Program-made: the position numbers and the translations under genes
Part shown: one piece after another, positions 28,943-40,199 of the stretch
Position numbering within the stretch: the stretch's first letter is position 1
How the letters are laid out: the number at the start of each line of letters is the position of its first letter
The notes under the pieces: model-generated
What the model was told of the DNA's origin: nothing
What the model saw: only the letters and a program-made list of their open reading frames with translations
The model's database searches: none
From: a virus
Lineage: Duplodnaviria; Caudoviricetes
Strand: one strand, 5' to 3'
DNA length: 64,000 nucleotides
Virus record (IMG/VR): IMGVR_UViG_3300027763_000059
Coordinates: 115-64,114 of that record

Positions 28943-31900
28943 ATGGCTAAACAATGGACACCACCTAGTGATGGATTAGCAACTAAAAGCACTAAATTTG
29001 TACCACCATCCGATGCAGTTGAAGTAAAAAAAAAAGCTTCTTCAGAATTGGATTCCAAGTTGGAAGAACCTACTTTGGTTTCTTCTGCCAACGAAGTTGA
29101 AGACGGAGGGTTAAAAGTAATTCCGGGCGGGGGTACATTGCGTACACCTGAGAAAATGAAATATACAGGCGATTACAAGCCAACTGAGAAAAAAATATCA
29201 GGAGATGGTGAAGTACTTGAAAGTAATGATGGGACAAAATACCGTTATTATAATGGAAAGTACTATACGTTTACAGATACCTCTGTAGATAAAAAGACAG
29301 GGGCTAAAGTAAATAATTATAATACACAGATTGATAACTCTCAAAGAGTTAAGACGTTAGACAAGATGTTTAACAAGGCTGAGTATTATAAAGGTTATCC
29401 GGGTAAAGAAGAAAAAGAATACCGTTTCAAGTACAATCAATGGTATGAGGATGATAAGTCCGGTAAAGGATTTAAACCTATCCAAGATCCTGTACGAGTA
29501 GGAGCTTTAAATAAGCAATTCAAAAAAGAAGGAAGTACTGTCCTAGGTGAAAAAGTATTTGTTGGTTATCCGGGTAAGGAGTCAAACGAATACAAAGTAT
29601 CAGACGATGGTGCATGGATGTATCGACCAAAGGGAAGTAACAATTGGTCTGTAATTACAAATGAAGGTTCTATACTTTCTTTGAACAAACAATACGGCCA
29701 AAAGGTTGACCCTAAAAAACAAGACCTTCAAAACTTAGCAGTTAAAAACTCAGAGTTAAACGATATCAATCACAAGATTGATGCATACGTTACATCTAAT
29801 TTAATTGACGATAGCGAAGAGGTAGTTACCGATGTCTTATCTAAGAAGTTTCCTCAATTTAATTTTGAGCAATCCAAAGCAGGAGTCGATAGGATGACTG
29901 TCTCGTTAAAGGGAAGCCAAGATCCTAAGGATAGAATCGAAATTGTATTAGACAATTGGGAGGATTCTGATGACAAGTTAAATGCAAACTTACTAAAGAG
30001 TTTCATGAAGGAGAGAGTTAATATGGCTGAGAGTCGTACTAGCTTGCAAGAAAAAGAAAGTCCATTCCTAACAAGAGATATCGAGTCAAAGCAAAGAGCT
30101 CTTGAAGCAGGGTCAGGTCAAAAAGAATTTGAGCAACCTGAGCTTGTTATTAATAAAGATGGAAGCGTGTCTTACGCTGAGAAACCAAAGACTACTGCTA
30201 CACAAAAAGCTGTTCAAGGAATTGAGGAGAAACAACAGTTAAAAGAAGCTAGACAAGAATACTTTTCAGATAAATCAAACTACTTAAAGACAATAAAGAA
30301 TAGCTACTCAAGGGGAGAGATTGACAATAAAGAGTTTCAAACTGCAGTAGCTGCTATTAAGGTAGATGACAAAGAGATTAAAAGAAGTGATGAGTTTATT
30401 AATGACGTTAATTATTCAAGAAAAAAATTAACAGAGTCTCAAGACTTCCAAGAAAAGTACATTAACGATGTAACTGAAAAGTTAAAGTCCGGAGAGATTA
30501 CTCAGGAGCAATACGATGCTGAGTATCAGCCAAAGATTGCCGAGATGAATGACTCTGTAGAAAAACAAAAGGAACAGCTCAATATAGATAACAAGAGCAT
30601 GAACGGTTCGTTGAAAGCTATAGAGAGATCCGTAGCTGAGAATAGACTTGTTCAAGAACAGATTGGTAGCACAGGTGGTGCGATTGCATACAACGCTATT
30701 AAAATGGCTACAGACCTTGGTCGATTAGCAGGGTTAACACCTGAGGATCAAGAGGCGTTTATTCGTGATAATTTTGGAATTGTTACTACTGAAGAATTTA
30801 TAGGCTCTGAAGATAGAACATTTTTGCAACAGGCAGCAATGTCGAGTGCATCTACCGGAGTTGCAATAGCAGCAGGACTTGTAGGTGGTGCTCCACTTGC
30901 CCTTGCTTCGTTATGGGCCGCAGGAACATTTGAGATGTTTGATGATGAAGAATTAAAAGATGTCCCAAAGAGAGATAAATTTTTAATGTCTGCAGCATAC
31001 GGTGTTGTATCATCTTACTTAGAGAAAATAGGTTTAGATGAGTTAGTTGGTGGTGAGATAGGTAAGAAGTTAGCAATGAATGTTGTTAAAGATGCGGCTA
31101 AAAAACTTACTAAGGATGCTCCAAAAGAGTACGTTGAGAACTTATTAATTAGCGAAACCAAATCAAGGCTGCAACAGGCAGGAGTAAAGATTGGTGTTGG
31201 TATGCTTGCTGAAGGAACCACTGAGGCACTTCAATCATTAGCTAATGTAAGTACTAAAGAGGTTTACGATCAATTGAAAGGGACTGAGTACTTCAATAAT
31301 AAAACAGGTTGGGAGATAGCTAGTGACGTACTATACGATGGTGCCTTAGGTGCTGTAGGTGGTGGTATGATCTCTAGTGTTGTAACCGGTGCTCAACAAA
31401 CAGTAGAAGGCAGAAGAGCAAATAAGATGGATGCTGAGATTAAAGCATTGATCGCTGCTGCTGAGACCGAGGGTATGAGTGAAGCGGTTAAGACAACTCT
31501 TAAGGCTAAAATTATTCGTGGAGAGATTACCAAAGCGGATGCAATTAATATATTAGGAGATTTTGACATAATCAAGTCAAAGGTAGATCAGATGCCAAAT
31601 ACCCTTACGGAAGAAGGTAAGGCTGCATCACTTGACTTAATGCTAGAAAAAGATAAACTAGAAAAACAAATTGAAGGGAAAGACCCGAATCTTGTTGAGC
31701 CACAAAAGAAAAGGGTAAATGAGATTAATGATAGACTAAAACAAATTGGAAAAGATGCCGTTCAAAAGCAAACAACAAGTGAAGTTCCTATTCAGTCAGA
31801 AGCCGGAGTTGGCCAAGAAGTGGAGGGAAGAGTCTCCGAACCAACAGTTGAGCAAACTGCCCAAGAAGTTGTCGGAGAAAAAATTGTCGGAGAAGAAGCT

Positions 31901-34900
31901 CAAGGTAAGCAAGCTCAAGCAGAGATCACTCAACAAGAAGAAATAATTGTTAATCCTTCACAAGGATATTCATTTACATATGCTTCAAAAGAAGATGTTC
32001 CAAATGAACTAAAAGGAGTTGAAGCAATAAATGAATCAACTACTACGATAGGAAAAAGTAAAAGTTATAAACTTACATTTAGTGGTCAGCAATTAATAGA
32101 TGCAGGCCTTGGTAAACAAGAAGGGGTAGTACCAACTGAAACAGCTCCAAGTACTGAGGCTGAGTTAGACTTCGAGGTTACGCCTGAGGTTACTCAAGAA
32201 GCTGACGCACTTGAGAAGTTATTGGCTGATGAGGGGATTACGGTAGAATTACCGATGGTAGAGGAGACTGTATCTGAAACTGTTACCGCTCCTGAAGAAA
32301 CTATTGTAGACACCTCTGAGGTGTCCGATAGAGACGTAATGGAGATTGAGGATAACACTGAGAATATAAAGACAGAACAAGATAATATTAAAGAGTATCA
32401 AGATGAGGCTAAAGCCAAGGTTGATAAGATTAATAATTCTAAGTGGTCTCCTGTAAGAAAGAAAAATGAGATTGCTAAAGTTCGTCAAGAGTATAAAGAT
32501 AAGATTGAAGACGCAAGGATTACTATAGCAACTAATAAGAGTGATCTTAAGAAAGCTGAGACACGTGTTCGTAAAGCTACTAAGACAGTTCCTGCTCCGG
32601 TAGTTGAAACTCCTATAGCAGAAGCTGCTCCGGTAGCTGAAGCTAAACCTACTGCAAAACCAAAGGCTGTTAAGAAGTTAACTCAAAAGGAAACTATTCA
32701 AAAGTACAACGATCACATCGACTCATTGATTAAGGATGAGAAGGAAAGATCAGATAGGAGAATTGCTCAGATTGCTAACCAAAGAAACTTAGCTACAGGT
32801 CAAAGACGTACTGAGCTGACTCAAGAGATTCAAGACCTAGAGTTTGCATTTAGAGCTAAGAAACGTGGCTTAGATAGCAAGAAAGATGATAAGCAAGCTG
32901 CTATAGACTTTAATGAGCAAGGGAATATTAATCCTATTGATATACTATTCCAACTTGACTCAGATAAAGAGACAACTGATAAAAAGAAAGAGCTACTAGA
33001 TATAGCTACTGCTATGATGGAAGAGGCTGAGAAAGAAGGATTCTCAGAAGAAGCATTTACAGGAGAACAACCTGAGCCACAAGTAGAGCTAATTACAATT
33101 GACATTAAAGAGAACACCGAGCTAGCTAACAAGGTAAAAAGAATGGGTCTTTCTGAACTTATCGGAAAGAAGATAAACCTTGTAATGGCAGACCAACTAA
33201 AAGTTGATAAAGGACTAATGGGAGGACCGTTCTTTCCTTTGATTAATAAGCTGTTTGGAAAGGTTGCATGGGCATCTATTAACGATACCGCTGCTATTAA
33301 GATTATCAACGGAGCAATTAAGTCTGATTATACTGTGGTCTATAATATGAACCCGGAGGCTATTGATTCTAACGTAGCGGTACTTGACTCATTTGAGAGA
33401 AAGATTCAAGAGCTACCTAAGAAAATGCAACAGCAGGTATTCATAGAACTTACTGAGTACTTAAATGAGAAGAAGTTTGGGGAAAAGACAGATGATATAC
33501 GTAAGATGGCATCAGAGTCAAATAACTTAAATGAGTTCTTGACTAAGCTAAACGAGCTAGATGTTGATACCATTGCTGCAGTTGTTAAGAGCGTGCTTCC
33601 ATCAAAGACTGTTAAGGCAGGCACTAAGATTGGTGCTACTCTTCAGTCTCAAAATATTAGCATTGAGGACATCAGAGAAGAGAACATCGAGCAGTTTGTA
33701 GCAGGACTACCTGCAGGTGCACTGACTATGGTGTTGCAGGTAACTGATAAGAACGGTAACAAGGTAACTAAGCAGACAGCAAGAGAGGCACTTATGAGCA
33801 GAGATCAGCAAAAAGCTGAGGGACTGCCAATACATAAGAACTATCCTGTATACATTAGAGGTAAAGCAGTTGGTATCCTAAAGGAGACTACTCCGTTTTG
33901 GAATGTGTTCAAGGACTCGTTAAACGAAATAAACGTAAAAGTTGCAGGTGTTGTTAAGCACTCTACAGGTAGAAAGATTACATCAAAAGAGGCTGTATCT
34001 AACGAGATGAGAAGTGCGTCAATGACTGCTTCACAGGCTAGAAAAGTTTCTGAGCCTACTGTTGATATGTACAAGAAGTTTGTTAGCGTGTTATCTCGTT
34101 CTATTCCGGGAGTAAATGTTGTTACATCTCAAAAAGAGTTCAATGACCTGCTAGAGAACTTGAATACTCAAAAGCTATCTACTAAAAACCAAAAGGTATA
34201 TGGTGCTGTATATAAGGGTAAGATTTATTTGAATCCATCACTACAGAACTACAACACACCTATCCACGAGTTTGGGCATATTTGGCTTAATGTAACTAAG
34301 ACTGCAAACCAAGAGCTATACAATAAAGGTATTGACCTAGTAAAAGACTCAGAGTATGTTGATCAGATTAGAAACAATAAAGACTATCAGCGTGTAGTTA
34401 ATGAGATGCTTAAGAATGGATCAACTCAAGAAGAGGTTGACAACTACATCTATGAGGAAGCACTTGCTACCGCAATCGGTGATAAGGGTGAGTCATTTGT
34501 TAAGGCATCTCAAGCTCTAAAAGACTTTAAGAGTTGGTTAGATAAGCTATACTCATTTGTGAGAAAGATTACAGGTATATCGAAGTATACAGCTGAGCAA
34601 TTGCAAGACATATCACTTGATGAGTTCTTACAGGCTGTATCTGTTGACTTGTTATCAGGAGAGAAGTTATTTGATGTGACTGAGGAGAGTATGTCTGATG
34701 CGCTTCAGCTAATGTCTAAGAGCGAAAACATATCTAAGATAGTAGATATTGCGGCTAAGAATGGCGTATCTAATGAGGCTGTTAAGACATTGCTAGCGAG
34801 AAAAGGATTCTCGATTAGTGATATCAACGCTGCATTTGTTAAGAAAGCAGCTCCTATTAAAAAAGGAAAGGTATCCAAGGTAACAGTTAACGAGAAGACT

Positions 34901-37900
34901 GCGTTGAAGGATCAAATTAGATTTGAAGCTCGTGCAGCTCGTGAGGCCAAGAAAGATTTGAACGATAAGAGAAAAGACTTAGCTAAGACTATCTCTGACA
35001 TGGAGACCACAGGTAAGATTACCACTAAGCAGGCTCAGGCATTAATGGCGCGTATAAGCAAGATTAACATGGACAACCCGGCAAAGGTTGATGCATTTGT
35101 TGAGTACGCAGGTCGAGTATTTGAGAACGCTGAGTTTGCACAGGATGTAGCTAGAGCTAACGCACTTAAGTCAAAAGTTAAGAACAACGCTAAGACTAAG
35201 CTTGGTATCGCTAACGACTTGATCTCTGAGATTTTGAAAATGGCTTCTATTAATCCATCATTGATTCCATCTAAGGTATTCGATACGTACTTGGAGACTA
35301 TGGAGATGCTTGGTCAAAGAACGACTGTTCTGAAGCTTGAGGATAGGGGAGAGCTTACGCAAAAAGTGTCCGACATATTGGACGCGGTTAACGAGGAGTT
35401 ATCCGTAGCCGGTGAAATGTCTGAGCGTTTTGAAGCTTATGACAAGAAAGAAGTTGATAGTGAAGGGAAGATAGACTTTGCTAAGACATTAAGTAAGATG
35501 GTAGCTGACGGTACGATTACCGAAGAAGATGCTGACATCATGCGCAAATACAAGTCTGAGATAATTGACAAGGAGTCAACTAAGATGACTGAGGAAGAAC
35601 TTGAGACAGAGAAAAAATCATTGATTAGCATACTTAAAAAAGATGTTATAACTGATGAGGCTATCAAAGATCTACCATCAAGACTAGAAAGAGATGATGC
35701 TAAATCACTTAAAGAATTAATTAATACTGATGCAGTTAAGTCATTGAATAACACTACGTTAAAGAACTTACTAAAATTAGTTGATAACGTAAACAACGGT
35801 TTCTTTCCTCACTTTGGAAAGGTAATGCAAAGAAGATTAAATTCTATTAATAATGCTCCTACATTAAAATCTTCTGTTAAAAATGCTAATCCACTAAGAG
35901 TTAGTTCTGCTCTAAGTAAGATTAAATCATTGTTTGTAAAGAAAAGAAATTATGTTTTAGATATGGAACGTAGTATTTCTTTAGCAAATATTGATCAGGT
36001 ATTCGGAGATTTTAAAACAGAGAATATTTCAGAGACAATGTTTGATCCATCTCGAAAAGCGCACGCTGCATTTGAATCCACGTTTAGAGTGATTCAAGAT
36101 AAGTTAGAGAAAGCTAGACAAGATGTATTTATTTCTTTGGGTAAAAGTCCGAATAAAGCAATTATGTCTGACTTTAAGACTATGACTTATTTACTTCAAC
36201 TTGAGAAAGAGTCTAACCCTGATAGCAAACAAGTAAACAATGCTGTTGACTTTATTAATGCTACAATAAGTCAAATTAATGATGAGTCATCAAATTACAC
36301 AGAGAAAGATGCTAAGTTCTTACAGGAGATATTAGATGAATATACTAATAAAAAAGCTTTAGTAAAAGAGTATGGTAAACCATATGAAAAATTTACTGCA
36401 GTTGAAAAGTCAAGTATTGAATTAGATAACAAAAAACTTTACAACTCGTTTAATGCATCTGAGAAAGCTTCTATTAAAGCTATTCAGGAAGCAAATGAAT
36501 CTATGACTGAGAAGGCTGTATACACATCAGGAATTATTAGAGGTGATAAGATTGACCCAATTGCTAACTATGTACCACACGTTGTACTTGCAGAGGTTAG
36601 ACCGGGAGAAAAAATATCAGGAGCAAGTGATGTAGATAGCTTTAATAAATCAAGAAAGCCATCTACTAAGGCTAATAACTTAGTAAAACGTACAGGTACT
36701 GTAACAGCTATTAGCTTTGATCCATATCAATCTACTCTTAATGCAACTAAGAACGTATTGCTAGATTTCTATATGACCGATCCAATTATTACAGCGAGAA
36801 TGACTATTAATGAGACTCGTAAAAAATTAGAAGAGGAAGGTATTACGAAGGAACAAAATTTATTTTTAAATGCAATTAGAGACGCATTTGAAGAGGCTAC
36901 AAAAAATGTATTAGTAAATAGTTTCCAACAAGATGAGATCTTAAGCAAGGTGGCTAGAGTTATTACAAAGGCAGGATATAGATCTTTGTTAGGTACAAGC
37001 ACAGTTCGTACTGCATCAGAGTTACTATCTAACATGAGTGCTGTTGCATTGATGGAAGGAAAAGCATTTCTTAAAGGGGCATCTAAAGAATTCAGGAAAT
37101 ACTCAAATCCTGAAGAAGGAATTGATATCATGATAAATAGTGGAGCCACTCAAATTAAGCGTGTTATGGGTGGTAATACTCAAGGTAGTATGTTTATTGA
37201 TCCTGCTATTATGAATAGCGTTGTTGGTATGAAAGATGGAAAAGCAAAATCCAAATTAGAGAACACGATGCAAATGATTTATAATAGATCACTTAAGAAT
37301 CCTGTTAATTGGATTGAGGCTACATCAGATGTTATGATGTCTGCTCCCGATATACTTGTAACAAGACCCACTTGGTTTGGAGCATTTGCTAATGAGTTTG
37401 AGAAGGTGTCAGGAAATAAGGTTGACTTTGATAAGATTAAGGCCAATGATGAGGCTTACATGAACGATAACAAGGATGCTATTGAAGCTGCAAGAAAGAG
37501 AGCAGATAAGGCTGTATTCAAGTTGAGTGCTACGAATAACCCTTACATGGGTGTATTAAAGAATAATATATCACCTGATATTAGTGGAATTGCTAAGACT
37601 ATTAAAATATTCGATAACTACTTGAATACATTTACTATGTATGAGTATACTAATGCTCGTACTGCAATCTATGCATTGGCAGGTCAAGGTATGATTAGTA
37701 AGAAAGAGGCTATATTATTATTAGCAGGTGTTACTACGCGTATGATCACATACTCATTACTATTAAAGGTATTAGGTAGTTCTTTATTAGGATTATTTAT
37801 GGGGGATGATGATGAAGATGATGATAAGACCTTCATGCAAAAGCTTGGGCAAGCTGCGGCATCTGCCGGGACGACAATGATGCTTGGTAGAAACTTCGGT

Positions 37901-38626
37901 AACATTGCAAGAAATGTTATGGGATATGGTGCTGAGCAATTCAATAAGAATTATCTTACAGCACTAAGAGAAGGTGACTACGATGCGTATGAGGATGCTA
38001 TTCAGTATACAGTATTGCCTCAAGAGAAGAAACAAGATATGGGTCAAGGTGTTGAACTATTTGATATATATCAAAATATGTTAGGGCCTGCAGGACCATT
38101 TGTTAAGTCACTTGATTATTCACTCAAGAAGTTAACTGAGAAGGATAGAGTTGCTCCGAAAGAAAGCGATAGCGATGCTGTTAAAGCTAAGAGAAGAGAG
38201 GCTGTACTTAGACAGCAGAGAGAGAGAAATATTCGTGTTCCTTTAGAACTTACAGGAACCTTGGGATATGTACCATTCTATAAAGATATTAGAAAGGTAG
38301 TCAATGAAATGATCTATACTGATCTTAAGAAGTCTCTAAAAGAACAAGAGGCTAATAAGGAAAAGAAGGCTGAGATGTTGATGGGCTACGAGAGCAAAGC
38401 TGACATGGAGCTACAGAATCCTAAGCTATACGAGAAACTTTACGATAAAGGTGGTAAATACTATGCTCAAGAAGAGGTTAGGTTAGCTAATGAGAATCTA
38501 AAGAATAACATCAAAAAGATTCAGGATAGAGAAAAGTACGGGGATATTAGTCCAATGTATGCTAGAAACCTAAAGAAAGCTGAGGAAAGAAAAGCAAGGA
38601 CAAGGATAAAAAGAGCAAACAGATAA
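28943..38626 (+). CDS. Giant polyvalent ejection protein (3227 aa) with zincin metallopeptidase domain
   Basis: PIHEFGHIW...EEALA zincin motif, hydrophobic Gly/Ala segments, coiled coils; last gene of the virion arm. Confidence 0.75.
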   Translation: MAKQWTPPSDGLATKSTKFVPPSDAVEVKKKASSELDSKLEEPTLVSSANEVEDGGLKVIPGGGTLRTPEKMKYTGDYKPTEKKISGDGEVLESNDGTKYRYYNGKYYTFTDTSVDKKTGAKVNNYNTQIDNSQRVKTLDKMFNKAEYYKGYPGKEEKEYRFKYNQWYEDDKSGKGFKPIQDPVRVGALNKQFKKEGSTVLGEKVFVGYPGKESNEYKVSDDGAWMYRPKGSNNWSVITNEGSILSLNKQYGQKVDPKKQDLQNLAVKNSELNDINHKIDAYVTSNLIDDSEEVVTDVLSKKFPQFNFEQSKAGVDRMTVSLKGSQDPKDRIEIVLDNWEDSDDKLNANLLKSFMKERVNMAESRTSLQEKESPFLTRDIESKQRALEAGSGQKEFEQPELVINKDGSVSYAEKPKTTATQKAVQGIEEKQQLKEARQEYFSDKSNYLKTIKNSYSRGEIDNKEFQTAVAAIKVDDKEIKRSDEFINDVNYSRKKLTESQDFQEKYINDVTEKLKSGEITQEQYDAEYQPKIAEMNDSVEKQKEQLNIDNKSMNGSLKAIERSVAENRLVQEQIGSTGGAIAYNAIKMATDLGRLAGLTPEDQEAFIRDNFGIVTTEEFIGSEDRTFLQQAAMSSASTGVAIAAGLVGGAPLALASLWAAGTFEMFDDEELKDVPKRDKFLMSAAYGVVSSYLEKIGLDELVGGEIGKKLAMNVVKDAAKKLTKDAPKEYVENLLISETKSRLQQAGVKIGVGMLAEGTTEALQSLANVSTKEVYDQLKGTEYFNNKTGWEIASDVLYDGALGAVGGGMISSVVTGAQQTVEGRRANKMDAEIKALIAAAETEGMSEAVKTTLKAKIIRGEITKADAINILGDFDIIKSKVDQMPNTLTEEGKAASLDLMLEKDKLEKQIEGKDPNLVEPQKKRVNEINDRLKQIGKDAVQKQTTSEVPIQSEAGVGQEVEGRVSEPTVEQTAQEVVGEKIVGEEAQGKQAQAEITQQEEIIVNPSQGYSFTYASKEDVPNELKGVEAINESTTTIGKSKSYKLTFSGQQLIDAGLGKQEGVVPTETAPSTEAELDFEVTPEVTQEADALEKLLADEGITVELPMVEETVSETVTAPEETIVDTSEVSDRDVMEIEDNTENIKTEQDNIKEYQDEAKAKVDKINNSKWSPVRKKNEIAKVRQEYKDKIEDARITIATNKSDLKKAETRVRKATKTVPAPVVETPIAEAAPVAEAKPTAKPKAVKKLTQKETIQKYNDHIDSLIKDEKERSDRRIAQIANQRNLATGQRRTELTQEIQDLEFAFRAKKRGLDSKKDDKQAAIDFNEQGNINPIDILFQLDSDKETTDKKKELLDIATAMMEEAEKEGFSEEAFTGEQPEPQVELITIDIKENTELANKVKRMGLSELIGKKINLVMADQLKVDKGLMGGPFFPLINKLFGKVAWASINDTAAIKIINGAIKSDYTVVYNMNPEAIDSNVAVLDSFERKIQELPKKMQQQVFIELTEYLNEKKFGEKTDDIRKMASESNNLNEFLTKLNELDVDTIAAVVKSVLPSKTVKAGTKIGATLQSQNISIEDIREENIEQFVAGLPAGALTMVLQVTDKNGNKVTKQTAREALMSRDQQKAEGLPIHKNYPVYIRGKAVGILKETTPFWNVFKDSLNEINVKVAGVVKHSTGRKITSKEAVSNEMRSASMTASQARKVSEPTVDMYKKFVSVLSRSIPGVNVVTSQKEFNDLLENLNTQKLSTKNQKVYGAVYKGKIYLNPSLQNYNTPIHEFGHIWLNVTKTANQELYNKGIDLVKDSEYVDQIRNNKDYQRVVNEMLKNGSTQEEVDNYIYEEALATAIGDKGESFVKASQALKDFKSWLDKLYSFVRKITGISKYTAEQLQDISLDEFLQAVSVDLLSGEKLFDVTEESMSDALQLMSKSENISKIVDIAAKNGVSNEAVKTLLARKGFSISDINAAFVKKAAPIKKGKVSKVTVNEKTALKDQIRFEARAAREAKKDLNDKRKDLAKTISDMETTGKITTKQAQALMARISKINMDNPAKVDAFVEYAGRVFENAEFAQDVARANALKSKVKNNAKTKLGIANDLISEILKMASINPSLIPSKVFDTYLETMEMLGQRTTVLKLEDRGELTQKVSDILDAVNEELSVAGEMSERFEAYDKKEVDSEGKIDFAKTLSKMVADGTITEEDADIMRKYKSEIIDKESTKMTEEELETEKKSLISILKKDVITDEAIKDLPSRLERDDAKSLKELINTDAVKSLNNTTLKNLLKLVDNVNNGFFPHFGKVMQRRLNSINNAPTLKSSVKNANPLRVSSALSKIKSLFVKKRNYVLDMERSISLANIDQVFGDFKTENISETMFDPSRKAHAAFESTFRVIQDKLEKARQDVFISLGKSPNKAIMSDFKTMTYLLQLEKESNPDSKQVNNAVDFINATISQINDESSNYTEKDAKFLQEILDEYTNKKALVKEYGKPYEKFTAVEKSSIELDNKKLYNSFNASEKASIKAIQEANESMTEKAVYTSGIIRGDKIDPIANYVPHVVLAEVRPGEKISGASDVDSFNKSRKPSTKANNLVKRTGTVTAISFDPYQSTLNATKNVLLDFYMTDPIITARMTINETRKKLEEEGITKEQNLFLNAIRDAFEEATKNVLVNSFQQDEILSKVARVITKAGYRSLLGTSTVRTASELLSNMSAVALMEGKAFLKGASKEFRKYSNPEEGIDIMINSGATQIKRVMGGNTQGSMFIDPAIMNSVVGMKDGKAKSKLENTMQMIYNRSLKNPVNWIEATSDVMMSAPDILVTRPTWFGAFANEFEKVSGNKVDFDKIKANDEAYMNDNKDAIEAARKRADKAVFKLSATNNPYMGVLKNNISPDISGIAKTIKIFDNYLNTFTMYEYTNARTAIYALAGQGMISKKEAILLLAGVTTRMITYSLLLKVLGSSLLGLFMGDDDEDDDKTFMQKLGQAAASAGTTMMLGRNFGNIARNVMGYGAEQFNKNYLTALREGDYDAYEDAIQYTVLPQEKKQDMGQGVELFDIYQNMLGPAGPFVKSLDYSLKKLTEKDRVAPKESDSDAVKAKRREAVLRQQRERNIRVPLELTGTLGYVPFYKDIRKVVNEMIYTDLKKSLKEQEANKEKKAEMLMGYESKADMELQNPKLYEKLYDKGGKYYAQEEVRLANENLKNNIKKIQDREKYGDISPMYARNLKKAEERKARTRIKRANR

Positions 38627-38627
38627 G

Positions 38628-38650
38628 AGTAGTGCCGAGAGGCACTACTT
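38628..38650. terminator. Hairpin at the convergence of the two transcriptional arms
   Basis: AGTAGTGCC-GAGA-GGCACTACT perfect stem between convergent stops. Confidence 0.7.
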
Positions 38651-39058
38651 AAACCTTATGTACTTAAACTCTTTTTGTTTGTCGTAGTAGGCCATTAACT
38701 CGTTATCGTTAGTTGCTCCTTCTCTGTTTGGTCTACCACCCAACCGGATGGTTCCATACAGCGAGAACATCTTACCATAGATGATACCATCATCGCACGA
38801 CCATATAACCACGGGGTTAAGTCTTTTCTCTGACAACTTGTGTAGCTTACGTATAGCAATAGGGAGAGGATACGCGTCTCTCAATGCACGTATCCTTCCC
38901 TTTACCTCGACATAAGCAATTAGTTTCTTGTCCTTATCAAAGACCTTATAGTCTACATCGTGTGGGCCTAACTTCTCGTATGACCCTCCGAATATTGCAA
39001 CAAATGTTTCTATGGCTTTTTTCTCTCGTCTTCTGTCTTCTTCTGATTCAAAAGTCAT
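38645..39058 (-). CDS. PD-(D/E)XK nuclease-like protein
   Basis: DVDY...YVEVKGR motif. Confidence 0.65.
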   Translation of the reverse strand: MTFESEEDRRREKKAIETFVAIFGGSYEKLGPHDVDYKVFDKDKKLIAYVEVKGRIRALRDAYPLPIAIRKLHKLSEKRLNPVVIWSCDDGIIYGKMFSLYGTIRLGGRPNREGATNDNELMAYYDKQKEFKYIRFK

Positions 39059-39236
39059 CGTGCTCTATAGATTTTAGAAGCATACGTAGCTCGGAGATAA
39101 CGGAGATGATATCCTTGTCGACCTTGTGAAACTCACGGTCAACTAACTTTTCATAGATATCAGCTAAGGACCTGTGACATATGTCAATAGTGAAGGCGAT
39201 GCGCCTTGCTCTGTCCATTTCATTATTTCCTTCCAT
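39048..39236 (-). CDS. Hypothetical protein
   Basis: 62-aa ORF in the tightly packed minus-strand operon. Confidence 0.6.
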   Translation of the reverse strand: MEGNNEMDRARRIAFTIDICHRSLADIYEKLVDREFHKVDKDIISVISELRMLLKSIEHDDF

Positions 39237-39240
39237 ACGC

Positions 39241-39783
39241 TTACCTCATTATAAGACTATTAAAAAAATTATGAAGCCTAGCTTCAACGTAATCCTCTTG
39301 GCCGATAGGCGTTCTATCGTTGATTACCCAAAGGATTTTCTGTAGTCTATCGTACTTTAGTTTCTCGCTTAAGTACTTTTCATTTTTCAAAGATAAACTT
39401 TCTATTTGTTTGTGCAACATCATTGAGTTATTTATTATCTTAATCTCCTGAATATCTTTTAGTTTTGGTTTCATCTCCATGAACTTTTCCTTGAGGTAGA
39501 GGTACGTCTCACGAAACTCTGTGCTGCTACTAAACAACCAATCAAAGTTCTTCATGTAGTGTATAATAGTTGCGTGGTCTTTACCAATATGTTTACCAAT
39601 AGCCTTGTACGAGTGGTTAGATTCGCGTGCAATCTTTGCATAGATAATGCGTGCATCTACAAGGTTTCTCTTCCTTGAGTCACCAAATATACTGATGTCT
39701 AACTCACCCTCCACAATAATCTTAATTGCATCTAATTCAGTCTTTGGGATTCTCTCCTCTAAATACTTCTGTTCTAATTCCAT
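39241..39783 (-). CDS. DnaA C-terminal (domain IV)-like DNA-binding protein
   Basis: SRKRNLVDAR...SYKAIGKHIGKDHATIIH resembles DnaA R.R....R...IG..FGGRDHTTV.H. Confidence 0.75.
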   Translation of the reverse strand: MELEQKYLEERIPKTELDAIKIIVEGELDISIFGDSRKRNLVDARIIYAKIARESNHSYKAIGKHIGKDHATIIHYMKNFDWLFSSSTEFRETYLYLKEKFMEMKPKLKDIQEIKIINNSMMLHKQIESLSLKNEKYLSEKLKYDRLQKILWVINDRTPIGQEDYVEARLHNFFNSLIMR

Positions 39784-39991
39784 GTTTATTTAATTCTTTA
39801 ATTCTAAACTCTTGTAACTTACTTAGCTTTCCATCCGGACGCTTGACCTCGCTGAACAGCACACCTGTGTTAGGTGGTATAGCGATAAGGTCCGGGATAC
39901 CGTTCTTGTTTGTCTTGATTAGCTTTATGACGTAGTATCCTTCAGCCTCAAGTGACTTAATACGCTTGGCTTGAATCTGTTGCTCGGTCAT
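39737..39991 (-). CDS. VRR-NUC nuclease
   Basis: EQQIQ...GIPDL...EVKRPDGKLSKLQ. Confidence 0.85.
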   Translation of the reverse strand: MTEQQIQAKRIKSLEAEGYYVIKLIKTNKNGIPDLIAIPPNTGVLFSEVKRPDGKLSKLQEFRIKELNKHGIRTEVFRGENPKD

Positions 39992-40199
39992 AGATTTCTA
40001 TTTCTTGTTTAACCCCCATCCAATAATCAACTTGAGTGGTATAGTTTTCGTGTACTTCATCGTAATCTTTACAGCACTTAATTGCTATATCAACTGCAAT
40101 CAATGCACATTGCTTGGCTTGTTCCCAATCATCACAATGACAAGGTATTTCATCGCGCATTTTATCTATTAACTCTTTTGCTTTTTCTTTTGGTGTCAT
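39957..40199 (-). CDS. Hypothetical protein
   Basis: MTPKEKAKEL...AKQCALIAVD...YW..VKQEIE, a common small phage ORF type. Confidence 0.7.
   Translation of the reverse strand: MTPKEKAKELIDKMRDEIPCHCDDWEQAKQCALIAVDIAIKCCKDYDEVHENYTTQVDYWMGVKQEIEIYDRATDSSQAY

Noticed and set aside
28943-38626. crAss-like virion RNA polymerase
   Set aside because: No DxDxD (DFDID/NADFDGD) catalytic motif seen in this or the adjacent ejection proteins.
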